From Rhodovibrionaceae bacterium (lineage in GTDB: Bacteria; Pseudomonadota; Alphaproteobacteria; Kiloniellales; DSM-21159), in the NCBI GenBank assembly GCA_040882845.1, contig JBBEAM010000001.1, positions 48,142 to 112,141 on the forward strand: a DNA stretch of 64,000 nt, given 5' to 3'. Both the position numbers and the translations under genes were made by a program. This document shows positions 22,406-31,335 of this stretch, one piece after another. How positions within the stretch are numbered: position 1 is the first letter of the stretch; each line of letters begins with the position of its first letter. Below the pieces are notes generated by a model. It ran no database searches and was not told the DNA's origin. It saw only the letters and a list, made by a program, of their open reading frames with translations.

Positions 22406-22786
22406 TTACTGTCGGCTGCCGCTCTCGCCAAGGTCTGCGCTCGCGCGCCGCAAAACCACGCGCCCCGCGGCGTCGAGGGCGACCGGCGCTGCGGTCAGAC
22501 AGTCGCCGGCGCAGGGCCCGGCGACGCAGTGGCCATCGGCGATGCGGAACAGGGCGCCATGGGTAGAGCAGATGATATGGCTGCCGTCGGCGTTCAAGAA
22601 ACGATCCGGAACGATCTCCAGCGGCGCGCCGGTGTGCGGGCAGGAATTGACGTAGCCGTAGAGCCCTTCGCCCTGCCGGACCACGAAGAGCTCCTCGGCG
22701 TCCAGACCCTGGCCCAGGGTAAACCCCCTGGCTTCGCCCTCCTCGATCTCCTCCAGGCGGCAGAGAACGATGCTGTCCGCCGTCAT
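22406..22786 (-). CDS. Rieske (2Fe-2S) domain protein
   Basis: 126 aa with CPHTGAPL ... CSTHGALF (CxH...CxxH Rieske ligands). Confidence 0.85.
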   Translation of the reverse strand: MTADSIVLCRLEEIEEGEARGFTLGQGLDAEELFVVRQGEGLYGYVNSCPHTGAPLEIVPDRFLNADGSHIICSTHGALFRIADGHCVAGPCAGDCLTAAPVALDAAGRVVLRRASADLGESGSRQ

Positions 22787-22802
22787 TGCGCTAGGCCTCC
22801 AT

Positions 22803-23216
22803 TCAAGCCTTGGTCTCGCCCAGGGCGCAGATGATCTTCCACTGCGCGGCGTCGACCGGCACCACCGAGAGCCGCGACTGACGCACCAGCGCGAGTTCGG
22901 AGAGGCGCGGCTCGGCCTTGATCTCGGCCAGGCTCACCGGGCGCTTCATGTCCTTCACCGTCTTGACGTCGACCATGCCGAAGCGGCCGCTCTTGTCGCT
23001 GGGGTCGGGGTAGTATTCCTTCACCACCTCGACGATGCCGACGATGCTCTTCTCCTTGACCGAGTGGTAGAAGAAGCAGCGGTCGCCCTTTTTCATCGCC
23101 TTCATGTTGTTGGAGGCCTGGTAGTTGCGCACCCCGTCCCAGAAGGTGGTGCCGTCGCGCTTCTGGTCCTCCCAGGACCAGCTGCCGGGCTCGCTCTTGA
23201 TCAGCCAAGTGGCCAT
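22803..23216 (-). CDS. EVE domain protein
   Basis: 137 aa. MATWLIKSEPGSWSWEDQ...WDGVRNYQASNNMKAMKKGDRCFFYHS is the EVE/PUA-like signature. Confidence 0.85.
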   Translation of the reverse strand: MATWLIKSEPGSWSWEDQKRDGTTFWDGVRNYQASNNMKAMKKGDRCFFYHSVKEKSIVGIVEVVKEYYPDPSDKSGRFGMVDVKTVKDMKRPVSLAEIKAEPRLSELALVRQSRLSVVPVDAAQWKIICALGETKA

Positions 23217-23356
23217 CTGCCGTTCTCCGCAGTTGTTGCGGCACCCTGTGTAGCGGAAGTGGCGCGCGGAAGGAAAGAGGCACCCCCCGATCGGAACGCT
23301 TGGCAGGCTCCGCCGCCTCGGCTACCTCTGGGAGGCGAACAACCCGGAGAGACCCC

Positions 23357-24100
23357 ATGCAGCTGCAGCTTTCGACCTGGCAGGAGGTGGAGCGCTACCT
23401 CCAGACCACTACCGCGATCATCATTCCCATCGGCTCGACCGAGCAGCACGGGCCGAACGGCTTCATCGGCACCGACGCGCTCTGCCCCGAGGTGCTTGGC
23501 AAGGCGGTGGGGGAGGAGACCGGAGCGCTGGTCGCGCCGACCCTCTCCATCGGCATGGCGCAGCATCACCTCGGCTTTTCCGGTTCGATCACCCTGCGTC
23601 CCTCGACCCTGATCCGGGTGGTGCAGGACGTGGTCAACTCGCTGGCCCGCCACGGCTTCGACCGCTTCTATTTCCTCAACGGCCACGGCGGCAACATCGC
23701 GCCGCTGACCACCGCCTTCAACGAGGTCTATGCCGAGGCCAGCCTGGGCACCGCCAGCTCCAACCGGCCGCCGCTGCGCTGCAAGCTGCGCAACTGGTTC
23801 GACTGCACGGCGGTGCAGCGGATCGCGGACGAGGCGTTCGGCAGTTCCGAAGGCATGCACGCGACCTGCTCCGAGGTCTCGCTGACCTACTACGCCTATC
23901 CCGAGCACATCAAAGACGTGGCGATGTCGCCGAAGGTGGCGCCGGTCGGGCCGATCTACGATGCCGACGACTACCGCCGGCGCTTTCCCGACGGGCGGAT
24001 CGGCAGCGACCCCTCGCTGGCGACGCCGGAGATCGGCAAGCGCCTGTTCGACGCCGCGGTCAAGGAACTCTCCGAGGAGTGGCGCCGCTACGCGGCCTAG
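23357..24100 (+). CDS. creatininase family amidohydrolase
   Basis: Block IIPIGSTEQHGPNGFIGTDA plus later FLNGHGGN. I prefer the ATG at 23357, preceded by ggagag, over the track start at 23300. Confidence 0.8.
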   Translation: MQLQLSTWQEVERYLQTTTAIIIPIGSTEQHGPNGFIGTDALCPEVLGKAVGEETGALVAPTLSIGMAQHHLGFSGSITLRPSTLIRVVQDVVNSLARHGFDRFYFLNGHGGNIAPLTTAFNEVYAEASLGTASSNRPPLRCKLRNWFDCTAVQRIADEAFGSSEGMHATCSEVSLTYYAYPEHIKDVAMSPKVAPVGPIYDADDYRRRFPDGRIGSDPSLATPEIGKRLFDAAVKELSEEWRRYAA

Positions 24101-24882
24101 ACTAAGGCGCCTTCGGAGGGTTTCGCCTCGATCCAGGCCCAGGCTTCGGCCTCCCGCTCGGCCGGGAAGTTTCGGATCTCCATGTCGGAGAACAGCGGCC
24201 CCAGGGTTTCGATCATGGAGCGCATCCAGGGGCTGGCGCCGACGATGGCGTAGCGCTCGACCTTGCGGATCGCCGAGAGCTTCATCGGCAGCAGGCCGCT
24301 CTGCAGGAAGACGGAAGGGTCGACCCCGCCGAAGCGCTTCATGCGGCAGAGCAGCCGCACCTTCTCGTGGCGGTCGAGCCAGGACTGAAACTCCTCGACC
24401 ACCTGGGACATCTCGGCAGCGCCGAAGCGGCCGTCGATCTCGAAGCCCAGCGCATCCTCGCGGTCGGTGGTCAGGAAGCGCACCGCCGGCTTGTCCGCTT
24501 CGGGGGCGGCCTTCGGCTCCGCCGCCCAGGCGATGGCGGCGTCGCGCGCGCCGGCGGCGAAAACCTTGAGCTCCAGGATCGGGAAGATCGGGTCGACGTA
24601 GCGCACCACGGCCTCCGGCCACTCCTTGTCGGAGACGAAGGCGCAGCGATGGAAGCGGCCGAGGTGGCTGAGCAGCTCGAAGTCGGCCTTCACGCCTTCG
24701 GTGAAGGCGTCGAAGTCCATGTCCTCGAGGCCGGTGAAGTCGACGCAGAGGCTGATCGGATGCTGCTGCGCCAGCTTCTCCTCGAGGATCCGTTGATAGG
24801 CCGCGATGTCGGCACCGGCGACCTTGCCGGTCAGACGGATGGCGATGACGTGGTCGGGGGCGGACAGACGTTCGAAGGCCAT
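24097..24882 (-). CDS. tandem SpoIIAA-like/STAS (DUF3478-type) domain protein
   Basis: 261 aa made of two similar halves, each ending in a ...CAFVSDKEWPE / ...YAIVGASPWMRS type block. Assignment is from recollection of the family only. Confidence 0.5.
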   Translation of the reverse strand: MAFERLSAPDHVIAIRLTGKVAGADIAAYQRILEEKLAQQHPISLCVDFTGLEDMDFDAFTEGVKADFELLSHLGRFHRCAFVSDKEWPEAVVRYVDPIFPILELKVFAAGARDAAIAWAAEPKAAPEADKPAVRFLTTDREDALGFEIDGRFGAAEMSQVVEEFQSWLDRHEKVRLLCRMKRFGGVDPSVFLQSGLLPMKLSAIRKVERYAIVGASPWMRSMIETLGPLFSDMEIRNFPAEREAEAWAWIEAKPSEGALV

Positions 24883-24933
24883 GGGGCGCTCCTTCTTTCG
24901 CTGTGGTCCTGTCTTACATGTTGGGCCTCTCGC

Positions 24934-25215
24934 CTACTTGGGGAAGACCTGCTTGACCGGGGCGATGGCGACGCTTTCGAACAACCCGGCCTTGGCATAG
25001 GGGTCGGCGGCGGCGAAGGCTTCCGCCTCGGCAGGGTTCTCGAAATCGACGATCAGCACGCTGCCGTTGGGGGTCTGCCCGTCGGCGGCGAAGCGCGGTC
25101 CGGCGAAGACGATGCGGTCGTTGATGCCCTCCAGATAGGCCAGGTGGTCGGGCCGGGTGTCGAGCCGGACCTGCAACGCGCCGGGGCGGTCGACGCAGGT
25201 GAAGTGGAACAGCAT
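24934..25215 (-). CDS. YciI family protein
   Basis: 93 aa. MLFHFTCVDRPG...RPDHLAYL...GP...G...I.DFE...EAEAFAAADPYAKAGLFE is a typical YciI-like pattern. The usual position downstream of gpsA. Confidence 0.8.
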   Translation of the reverse strand: MLFHFTCVDRPGALQVRLDTRPDHLAYLEGINDRIVFAGPRFAADGQTPNGSVLIVDFENPAEAEAFAAADPYAKAGLFESVAIAPVKQVFPK

Positions 25216-25242
25216 GAACTCTCTCCCTCTCGTAGCTTGGTG

Positions 25243-26241
25243 TCAGTCGCCCTCGGCCTTGAAGGGCCGGGCGAGCAAGGCCTCGATCGCTTCCTCGATG
25301 GCCGATTGGTCGCGCAGCACCCGGTCGACCGCTTCGGCGATCGGCATCTCGATGCCGTGGCGCGCGGCGAGCTGGACCACCGCCGAAGCGGTGTAGATTC
25401 CCTCGGAGACGGATTTGCGGCTGCCCAGGATATCGCTCAGGCTCATGTCCTCGCCGAGGGCATAGCCGAGGGAATAGTTGCGCGAGGTCATCGAACTGCA
25501 GGTCAGCATCAGATCGCCGAGGCCGGAAAGGCCCTGCATGGTCTCCGGCTTGCCGCCGAGCGCGGCGTTGAGCCGGGAGATCTCCGCCAGGCCGCGGGTG
25601 ATCAGGGCCGCGCGCGCGTTATCGCCGAGGCGCAGGCCCATGGCGATGCCGCAGGCGATCGCGATTACGTTCTTCACCGCGCCGCCGACCTGGGCGCCGA
25701 TCAGGTCCCCGGCCAGATAGGGACGAAAGGCCTTGCTGCCCAGCGCCTTGACCAGGGCGGCGCCGGTCTTGGCGTCGGCGCAGGCCAGAGTGATCGCGGT
25801 CGGCAGGCTGCGCGCCACCTCGCTGGCGAAACTGGGGCCGGAGAGCACCGCCAGCTCGCGGCCGGGCAGCGTCTCGGCCACCACCGCGCTGGGCAGCAAG
25901 CCGCTCCGCTGCTCGATGCCCTTGGCGCAGATCACCAGCGGCGCGGCGGACTCGGGAAGGCCGGCGAGCCTGGAGCAGAGCGCGCGCAGATGCTGCGCCG
26001 GGCAGACCAGCAGCAGAGCCTCGGCTTCGGCCACCGCCCGGTTCAGTTCGTGGGTGGCGGCGATGGTCTTGTCCAGCTCGATGCCGGGCAGATAGGCGGG
26101 ATTGCGATGCTTGGCGGCGATGGTTTCGGCGAGGTCGGGGTTGCGTGCCCAGAGCGTGACCTTGCGCCCGGCGCGCCGCGCCGCCAGCGCCAGCGCCGTG
26201 CCCCAGGCCCCGGCGCCGAGGATGCTTACCCTGGAGATCAC
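25243..26241 (-). CDS. gpsA: NAD(P)H-dependent glycerol-3-phosphate dehydrogenase
   Basis: VSILGAGAWGTALA Rossmann motif near the N-terminus and GAVKNVIAIACG later. GTG start at 26241 overlaps the upstream gene stop (GTGA). The 484-aa track ORF is an upstream over-extension. Confidence 0.9.
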   Translation of the reverse strand: MISRVSILGAGAWGTALALAARRAGRKVTLWARNPDLAETIAAKHRNPAYLPGIELDKTIAATHELNRAVAEAEALLLVCPAQHLRALCSRLAGLPESAAPLVICAKGIEQRSGLLPSAVVAETLPGRELAVLSGPSFASEVARSLPTAITLACADAKTGAALVKALGSKAFRPYLAGDLIGAQVGGAVKNVIAIACGIAMGLRLGDNARAALITRGLAEISRLNAALGGKPETMQGLSGLGDLMLTCSSMTSRNYSLGYALGEDMSLSDILGSRKSVSEGIYTASAVVQLAARHGIEMPIAEAVDRVLRDQSAIEEAIEALLARPFKAEGD

Positions 26242-26918
26242 GTCTCTTTCGGCAGGCTGAGGTTGAAGGCGATGGAGATGCGCTCGCGGGTCCCCGAATA
26301 GGGCCGCACCTGATGCTGCAGCCAGGCCGGGAAGAGCACCAGCATGCCGGCGCGCGGGCTCAGCGTCTCCGAGGCGCCGAGCGAAGCCCCGCCCTGGGTC
26401 GCGAAGGTCAGGTTGGGCGCGTACATCACCGGCGCGACGCCGCGCGGGTCCTGCACCTCGAACTGGCCGCCCAGCTCCGGCTCTGCGGCGATCCCGCCGT
26501 CGTCGACGTAGTAGGTGCCGGACCAGTAGGCGCCGGGGTGGGTGTGGAACTCGTTGCCGTGGCCGCTGCGGTTGATGTTGGCCCAGGCGTTGATCCGCCA
26601 GTCGAGGCTGACAGGCCGGCCCTGGCGGTCTGCGGTCAGGCGGTTGGCGAGCTGCTTGGCCTGCTCCAGGATGCGCTGGGTCTCCGCGCCGCCCCACGCG
26701 GTCATGTCCCAGGTCGACTGCCAGCCGCCGAGGTTGGAATGGGCGGTGCCGGCGTGGTCGCGTTCGCGCGTCAGGATGGTTTCGCGCAGCCCGGCGTTGA
26801 GCTGTTCGGCTTCGGGCAGAACCACCACCGCGACCGGGGTGGCGAAGAGCTGCAGCAGCTCGACCTGAGCTCCGCCGCCGGGCGTGCCGCGCCCCGGCCC
26901 GCCGCGCTGCCCGCTCAT
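26238..26918 (-). CDS. TIGR02466-like putative 2OG-Fe(II) oxygenase-fold protein
   Basis: 226 aa. [22 protein letters not shown]..., [37 protein letters not shown] and [12 protein letters not shown] match my recollection of this conserved hypothetical family. Start and stop overlap tsaD and gpsA. Confidence 0.6.
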   Translation of the reverse strand: MSGQRGGPGRGTPGGGAQVELLQLFATPVAVVVLPEAEQLNAGLRETILTRERDHAGTAHSNLGGWQSTWDMTAWGGAETQRILEQAKQLANRLTADRQGRPVSLDWRINAWANINRSGHGNEFHTHPGAYWSGTYYVDDGGIAAEPELGGQFEVQDPRGVAPVMYAPNLTFATQGGASLGASETLSPRAGMLVLFPAWLQHQVRPYSGTRERISIAFNLSLPKET

Positions 26919-27985
26919 GCGGCCCCCTGGGTGTCAGCAGCCGCGCCCGCGCCCGGGGCGGTCAATTCCTCCAAGGGCCAGCGCGGCCGGGCTCTGGCGT
27001 CGAGCGGAGAGGTCTCGCCGAGACGCAGACGCTCCAGCCCGGCCCAGGCGATCATCGCCGCGTTGTCGGTGCAGAGGCCGAGCGGCGGCGCGATCAGCGC
27101 CGTGCCCTGCTCCTCGGCCAGCGCACTCAGTATCTGGCGCAGGGCCTGGTTGGCGGCGACGCCGCCGGCCACCACCAGCGGCCCCGGCTGCCCGGTCTCG
27201 GCCCGGAAGCGCCGCAGCGCATTGACGGCGCGGTCGGCCAGGACCTCGCCGACGGCGGCCTGGAAGGCGGCGGCCATGTCGGCCTTGTCGCTGTCGCTCA
27301 GCGGCTGCGGCAGCTCGGCCGTGCGCTGCCGCACGGCGGTCTTCAGGCCGGAGAAGGAGAAGTCGCAGCCTTCCCGGCCCTTCATCGGCCGGGGCAGGGC
27401 AAAGCGCGCTGCATCGCCCGCCTTGGCTGCCCGCTCCAGCGCCGGCCCGCCAGGATAGCCCAGGCCAAGCAGCTTGGCGGTCTTGTCGAAGGCCTCGCCG
27501 GCGGCGTCGTCGATGGTGCCGCCGTAGCGGCGGTAGCGCCCGACCCCCTCGACCGCCAGCAGCTGGCAGTGGCCGCCGGAGACCAGCAGCAGCAGGTAGG
27601 GGAAGTCGAGGCCCGGGTCGAGGCGGGCGGTCAGGGCGTGGCCTTCCAGATGGTTGATCGCGAGGAAGGGCAGGCCGCGCGCCGCGGCGATCGCCTTGGC
27701 GGTGACCGCCCCGACCATCACCCCGCCGATCAGCCCCGGCCCGGCGGTCGCGGCCACGCCGTCGAGCGCCGCGAAGCCCAGCCCGGCTTCGCTCAGCGCC
27801 TCGGCGATCAGCCGGTCGATATGGTCGAGATGGCTGCGTGCCGCGATCTCCGGCACCACGCCGCCGTAGAGCCGGTGCTCGTCGAGCTGCGACAGCACGA
27901 CGTTGGCCAGGATCTCCCGTTCGGCGGTCACCAGGGCCGCCGCCGTCTCGTCGCAGGAGGTCTCGATGCCGAGCAGGATGGTCAT
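26915..27985 (-). CDS. tsaD: tRNA N6-adenosine threonylcarbamoyltransferase
   Basis: 356 aa. [14 protein letters not shown]..., INHLEGHAL and VSGGHCQL are canonical TsaD/Kae1 motifs. Confidence 0.95.
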   Translation of the reverse strand: MTILLGIETSCDETAAALVTAEREILANVVLSQLDEHRLYGGVVPEIAARSHLDHIDRLIAEALSEAGLGFAALDGVAATAGPGLIGGVMVGAVTAKAIAAARGLPFLAINHLEGHALTARLDPGLDFPYLLLLVSGGHCQLLAVEGVGRYRRYGGTIDDAAGEAFDKTAKLLGLGYPGGPALERAAKAGDAARFALPRPMKGREGCDFSFSGLKTAVRQRTAELPQPLSDSDKADMAAAFQAAVGEVLADRAVNALRRFRAETGQPGPLVVAGGVAANQALRQILSALAEEQGTALIAPPLGLCTDNAAMIAWAGLERLRLGETSPLDARARPRWPLEELTAPGAGAAADTQGAA

Positions 27986-28090
27986 GGGCGAAAGTTAGCG
28001 CTCCGGCCGCGGCTTTTCCATGGGCTTGCGTCGGGCGCGGCGCGGGCCTCCTCGCTTGAACCGGAAAGGGGAAAGCCCTAAAGCAGTGCC

Positions 28091-29071
28091 ATGTCCGCCG
28101 CCGGCCCCGATTCCGCTTCCAGTTATGACCCAGAGTCAGCCCCGCTGCGCCTCGGTTCGCGCGGCTCTCCGCTCGCCCTGCTGCAGGCCGAGGAGGCCAA
28201 GGCCAGGCTGATCGCGGTGCATCCCGAACTGGCCGGGGAGGATGCGGTGGAGATCGTGCCGATCCGCACCACCGGCGACCGGGTGCGCGACCGCGCCCTG
28301 GCGGAGATCGGCGGCAAGGGCCTCTTCACCAAGGAGATCGAGGAGGCGCTCTACGACGGCCGCATCGACATCGCCGTACACTCCATGAAGGACGTACCGA
28401 CCTGGCTGCCGAACTGGTCGGCGATCGTTGCGATCCTGGAGCGCGAGGACCCGCGCGACGCTTTCTTCTCGCCCCACGCCACCAGCATCGCCGGCCTGCC
28501 GCGCGGCGCCATGCTTGGCAGCGCCTCGCTGCGCCGCCGCGCCCAGGTGCTGGCGCTGCGTCCGGACCTCAAGGTCGGGCTGCTGCGCGGCAACGTGCAG
28601 ACCCGCCTGGCCAAACTGGCCGCCGGGGAGGTCGACGCCACTCTGCTGGCCCTGGCCGGGCTCATCCGCCTGGGCCAGGCGGAGATGGCGACGGCGGTGC
28701 TCGACCCCGAGGAGATGCTGCCCTCCGCCGGGCAGGGCGCGATCGGCTTGCAGATCCGCGCCGGGGATGCGCGTACGCGCGCGTTGGCCGAAGCCGTCGA
28801 CCACGGCCCCTCTTCCATCCGGGTCGCCGCCGAGCGTGCCTGTCTCGATATCCTCGACGGTTCCTGCCGTACGCCGATCGGCGCGCTGGCGGAGATCGCG
28901 GGCGACGAACTGCATCTGCGCGCCCTGGTCGCCGAACCCGACGGCAGCCGCCTGTTCCGGGCCGAGCGGCGCGGCCTGCTGTCCGACGCCGTGGCATTGG
29001 GACAGGATGCCGGACACGAGCTGCGCGCCCTGGCCGGGGAGGATTACTTCGCGGCCCTGGCGGAGCTGTAG
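28091..29071 (+). CDS. hemC: hydroxymethylbilane synthase (porphobilinogen deaminase)
   Basis: 326 aa. LRLGSRGSPLALLQAEE, IRTTGDR, GGKGLFTKEIE, AVHSMKDVP and the cofactor Cys context (LDGSCRTPIGA) are all present. Confidence 0.95.
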   Translation: MSAAGPDSASSYDPESAPLRLGSRGSPLALLQAEEAKARLIAVHPELAGEDAVEIVPIRTTGDRVRDRALAEIGGKGLFTKEIEEALYDGRIDIAVHSMKDVPTWLPNWSAIVAILEREDPRDAFFSPHATSIAGLPRGAMLGSASLRRRAQVLALRPDLKVGLLRGNVQTRLAKLAAGEVDATLLALAGLIRLGQAEMATAVLDPEEMLPSAGQGAIGLQIRAGDARTRALAEAVDHGPSSIRVAAERACLDILDGSCRTPIGALAEIAGDELHLRALVAEPDGSRLFRAERRGLLSDAVALGQDAGHELRALAGEDYFAALAEL

Positions 29072-29072
29072 C

Positions 29073-29801
29073 TTGCGCGTCGCCGTCACCCGGCCGGAGG
29101 GCGCCGCCGGCGCCTTTACCGCCGCCCTGGCCGCGCAGGGGCACGAGGCCCTTTCCGCGCCGCTGCTGGAAATCCACCCACTGGAGGTCGCGCTTCCCGG
29201 GTTGACGGATTTTCAGGCGCTGCTGGCGACCAGCGCCGCGGCCTTCGCCGCCTGCGGAGAAACTGCCCTGGAGACAGCGCCGCCGGTCTTCGCGATCGGC
29301 GCCGCCACCGCCGATGCTGCCCGGGCTTGCGGCGCACGCGCTGTCCGAGCTGCCGCTGGCGACGCGGCGGCGCTGGAAAGTGCGGTGCTGCGCGCCTGCC
29401 GGCCCGAAGCCGGGCCGCTGCTCTATCTTTGCGGCCAGGTGCGGCGGGTCGATCTTGCCGGAAAGCTGCGCGCGGCGGGTTTCACGGTCAGCCAGATCGA
29501 GACCTACGCGGCGCAGCCGGTTGCGGCGCTGCCGGCGGTCCTGCGTACGCGCCTGGAATCCGGGGAAATCGACGCCGTCGCCTTTTTCTCTCCACGAACG
29601 GCGCGCAGCTTTGTTAGGCTGATTTGCGATGCGGGCCTGGAAGCGGCCTGCGGGAAACTGATCGCGGCCTGCTTGAGCGCCGCGGTCGCGGCGGAGCTGG
29701 AGGGCCTGGCGTGGCGCCGTGTGGCGGTCGCCAACAGCCCCGACCAGGAGGCTCTGCTGGCGGCCCTGGACAGTCAGAACGGACCGGAAGGAGCGCGCTA
29801 G
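29073..29801 (+). CDS. hemD: uroporphyrinogen-III synthase
   Basis: HEM4-like sequence (RVAVTRPEG..., AVAFFSPRTARSF) directly after hemC. TTG start at 29073 inferred; the 457-aa track ORF is an upstream over-extension into hemC. Confidence 0.75.
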   Translation: MRVAVTRPEGAAGAFTAALAAQGHEALSAPLLEIHPLEVALPGLTDFQALLATSAAAFAACGETALETAPPVFAIGAATADAARACGARAVRAAAGDAAALESAVLRACRPEAGPLLYLCGQVRRVDLAGKLRAAGFTVSQIETYAAQPVAALPAVLRTRLESGEIDAVAFFSPRTARSFVRLICDAGLEAACGKLIAACLSAAVAAELEGLAWRRVAVANSPDQEALLAALDSQNGPEGAR

Positions 29802-29804
29802 AAC

Positions 29805-31322
29805 ATGGCAGAGGATTCCAAGGGCAGGACGGCGGGCGCGCAGGCCGAGGCCACGGCGGCGGTGATCGCCGCCTTCGGCGGGCTGCGCCCCATGGGCAAG
29901 AAGCTCGGCATCGCCGTTTCCACCCTGCAGGGCTGGCAGACGCGCGGCCAGATCCCCGCCGGCCGCACGGCGGAGCTTTCCGCCGCCGCGCGGCGCGAAG
30001 GCGTCGAGCTCGGCCCGGAGACCCTGGAGATCGCCGCCGGACAGACCGCGCCCGCGACTGCCGGCGAGGCCAGCATCCGCACCACCCAGGGTGGCCGCGG
30101 CGACACCCCGAGCGGACGCGTCGCCGAGGAGGCGGAGGCCGCCAGCCCGCACCCCGCCGGCGCGCCGGAAAGCCGCGCCACCGACAAGCCCGACGCAGAC
30201 CACTCCGCCGAGGAAAAGCCCAGCGGCGCACTGAGCGAAGGCGACGACGGCCCGGCCCACGAGCGCCCCGAAGTAGCGGAGACCCGCACCACCGGGGGCG
30301 TCGAGGCGGCCTCGGAATCCCTCACCGGCTCGGCGGCGTCGCCGGAGCCCGCGCCGCCGCCGCCCCCACCGCCGCAAGAGCGCAGCGTCTTCGGCCCGAT
30401 GCTGCTCGGCGCGCTGCTGATCGCGATCGGCCTGGCGGTCGCCGTGGTGGGGCGCGAGGTCTGGCTGCCCTGGTTCGGCATCGGCGGCAACCAGGAGCTG
30501 GAGTCCAGCGTCGCCTCGCTGCAGCAGAAGGTGACTATGCTGGAGGAGCAGCTCGCCGGGCAGGATCCCGGCCTGACGGAAAACGATGTCTCCGGTCTGC
30601 TCGATCAGCGGCTGGCGGCGCTCAACGCCAAGTTCAGCGGCCTGTCCGAGGAACTGCAGGCGCTGGAGACGGCGGCCAGCTCGGGCGCCGACGAGGCGGC
30701 CGTGACGGCGCTGCGCGGCGATCTCGAGGCGCTCTCCGGGCAGGTCGCGGAGCTCTCCGGGCAGATCGCGCAGCGCGGCAGCGGCGGCGAGGCGGCCCTG
30801 GTGCTGGCCCTGGTGCAGCTGCGCGATTCCCTGCGCCAGACTGGGCCCTACGAGGCGGCGCTGGCCGGGCTGGAACAGCGGCTCGGCGGCGACGCCGGGG
30901 CGCTGAGCGCTTCGCTCGAGACCCTCAGGGCGCACGCTGCCAGCGGCCTGGCGACCCGGCCGCTGCTGGCCGAGCGCTTCCCGGCGGTGGCTCGCGAGAT
31001 CGCCTCGGCCGGCTATGCCGAGGACGAGTCCTGGTACGGCGGCATCCTCAAGCGCATCAACCAGGTGGTCTCGATCCGCCCGGTCGGCGAGGACGTCGCC
31101 GGCGCGGATCCTGCGGCGGTGGCCGCCCGGGCCGAGGCCAAGGTCAAGGCCGGCGAGCTGCGCGGCGCCGTGGCCGAGCTGGAGAGCCTGACCGGCGCCC
31201 CGGCGGAGGCAGCCTCCGGCTGGCTCGCCGAGGCCCAGGCGCGGCTCGCCGCCGAGGCGGCGCTGACGGAGATTTCCGCCGCCGCGTCCCGGCGCCTCGC
31301 GCCTAGCGGCAGCGGCCAGTAA
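29805..31322 (+). CDS. alphaproteobacterial Mic60/mitofilin-like membrane protein
   Basis: 505 aa. Low-complexity Ala/Pro/Glu region, one TM helix (VFGPMLLGALLIAIGLAVAVVG), coiled-coil region, and a C-terminal mitofilin-like block (SWYGGILKRINQVVSIRPVG...GELRGAVAELESL). Good SD (ggaaggag). Sits between hemD and the hemY-like gene, the known conserved synteny. Confidence 0.8.
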   Translation: MAEDSKGRTAGAQAEATAAVIAAFGGLRPMGKKLGIAVSTLQGWQTRGQIPAGRTAELSAAARREGVELGPETLEIAAGQTAPATAGEASIRTTQGGRGDTPSGRVAEEAEAASPHPAGAPESRATDKPDADHSAEEKPSGALSEGDDGPAHERPEVAETRTTGGVEAASESLTGSAASPEPAPPPPPPPQERSVFGPMLLGALLIAIGLAVAVVGREVWLPWFGIGGNQELESSVASLQQKVTMLEEQLAGQDPGLTENDVSGLLDQRLAALNAKFSGLSEELQALETAASSGADEAAVTALRGDLEALSGQVAELSGQIAQRGSGGEAALVLALVQLRDSLRQTGPYEAALAGLEQRLGGDAGALSASLETLRAHAASGLATRPLLAERFPAVAREIASAGYAEDESWYGGILKRINQVVSIRPVGEDVAGADPAAVAARAEAKVKAGELRGAVAELESLTGAPAEAASGWLAEAQARLAAEAALTEISAAASRRLAPSGSGQ

Positions 31323-31335
31323 GGGAGCGAGCGGC

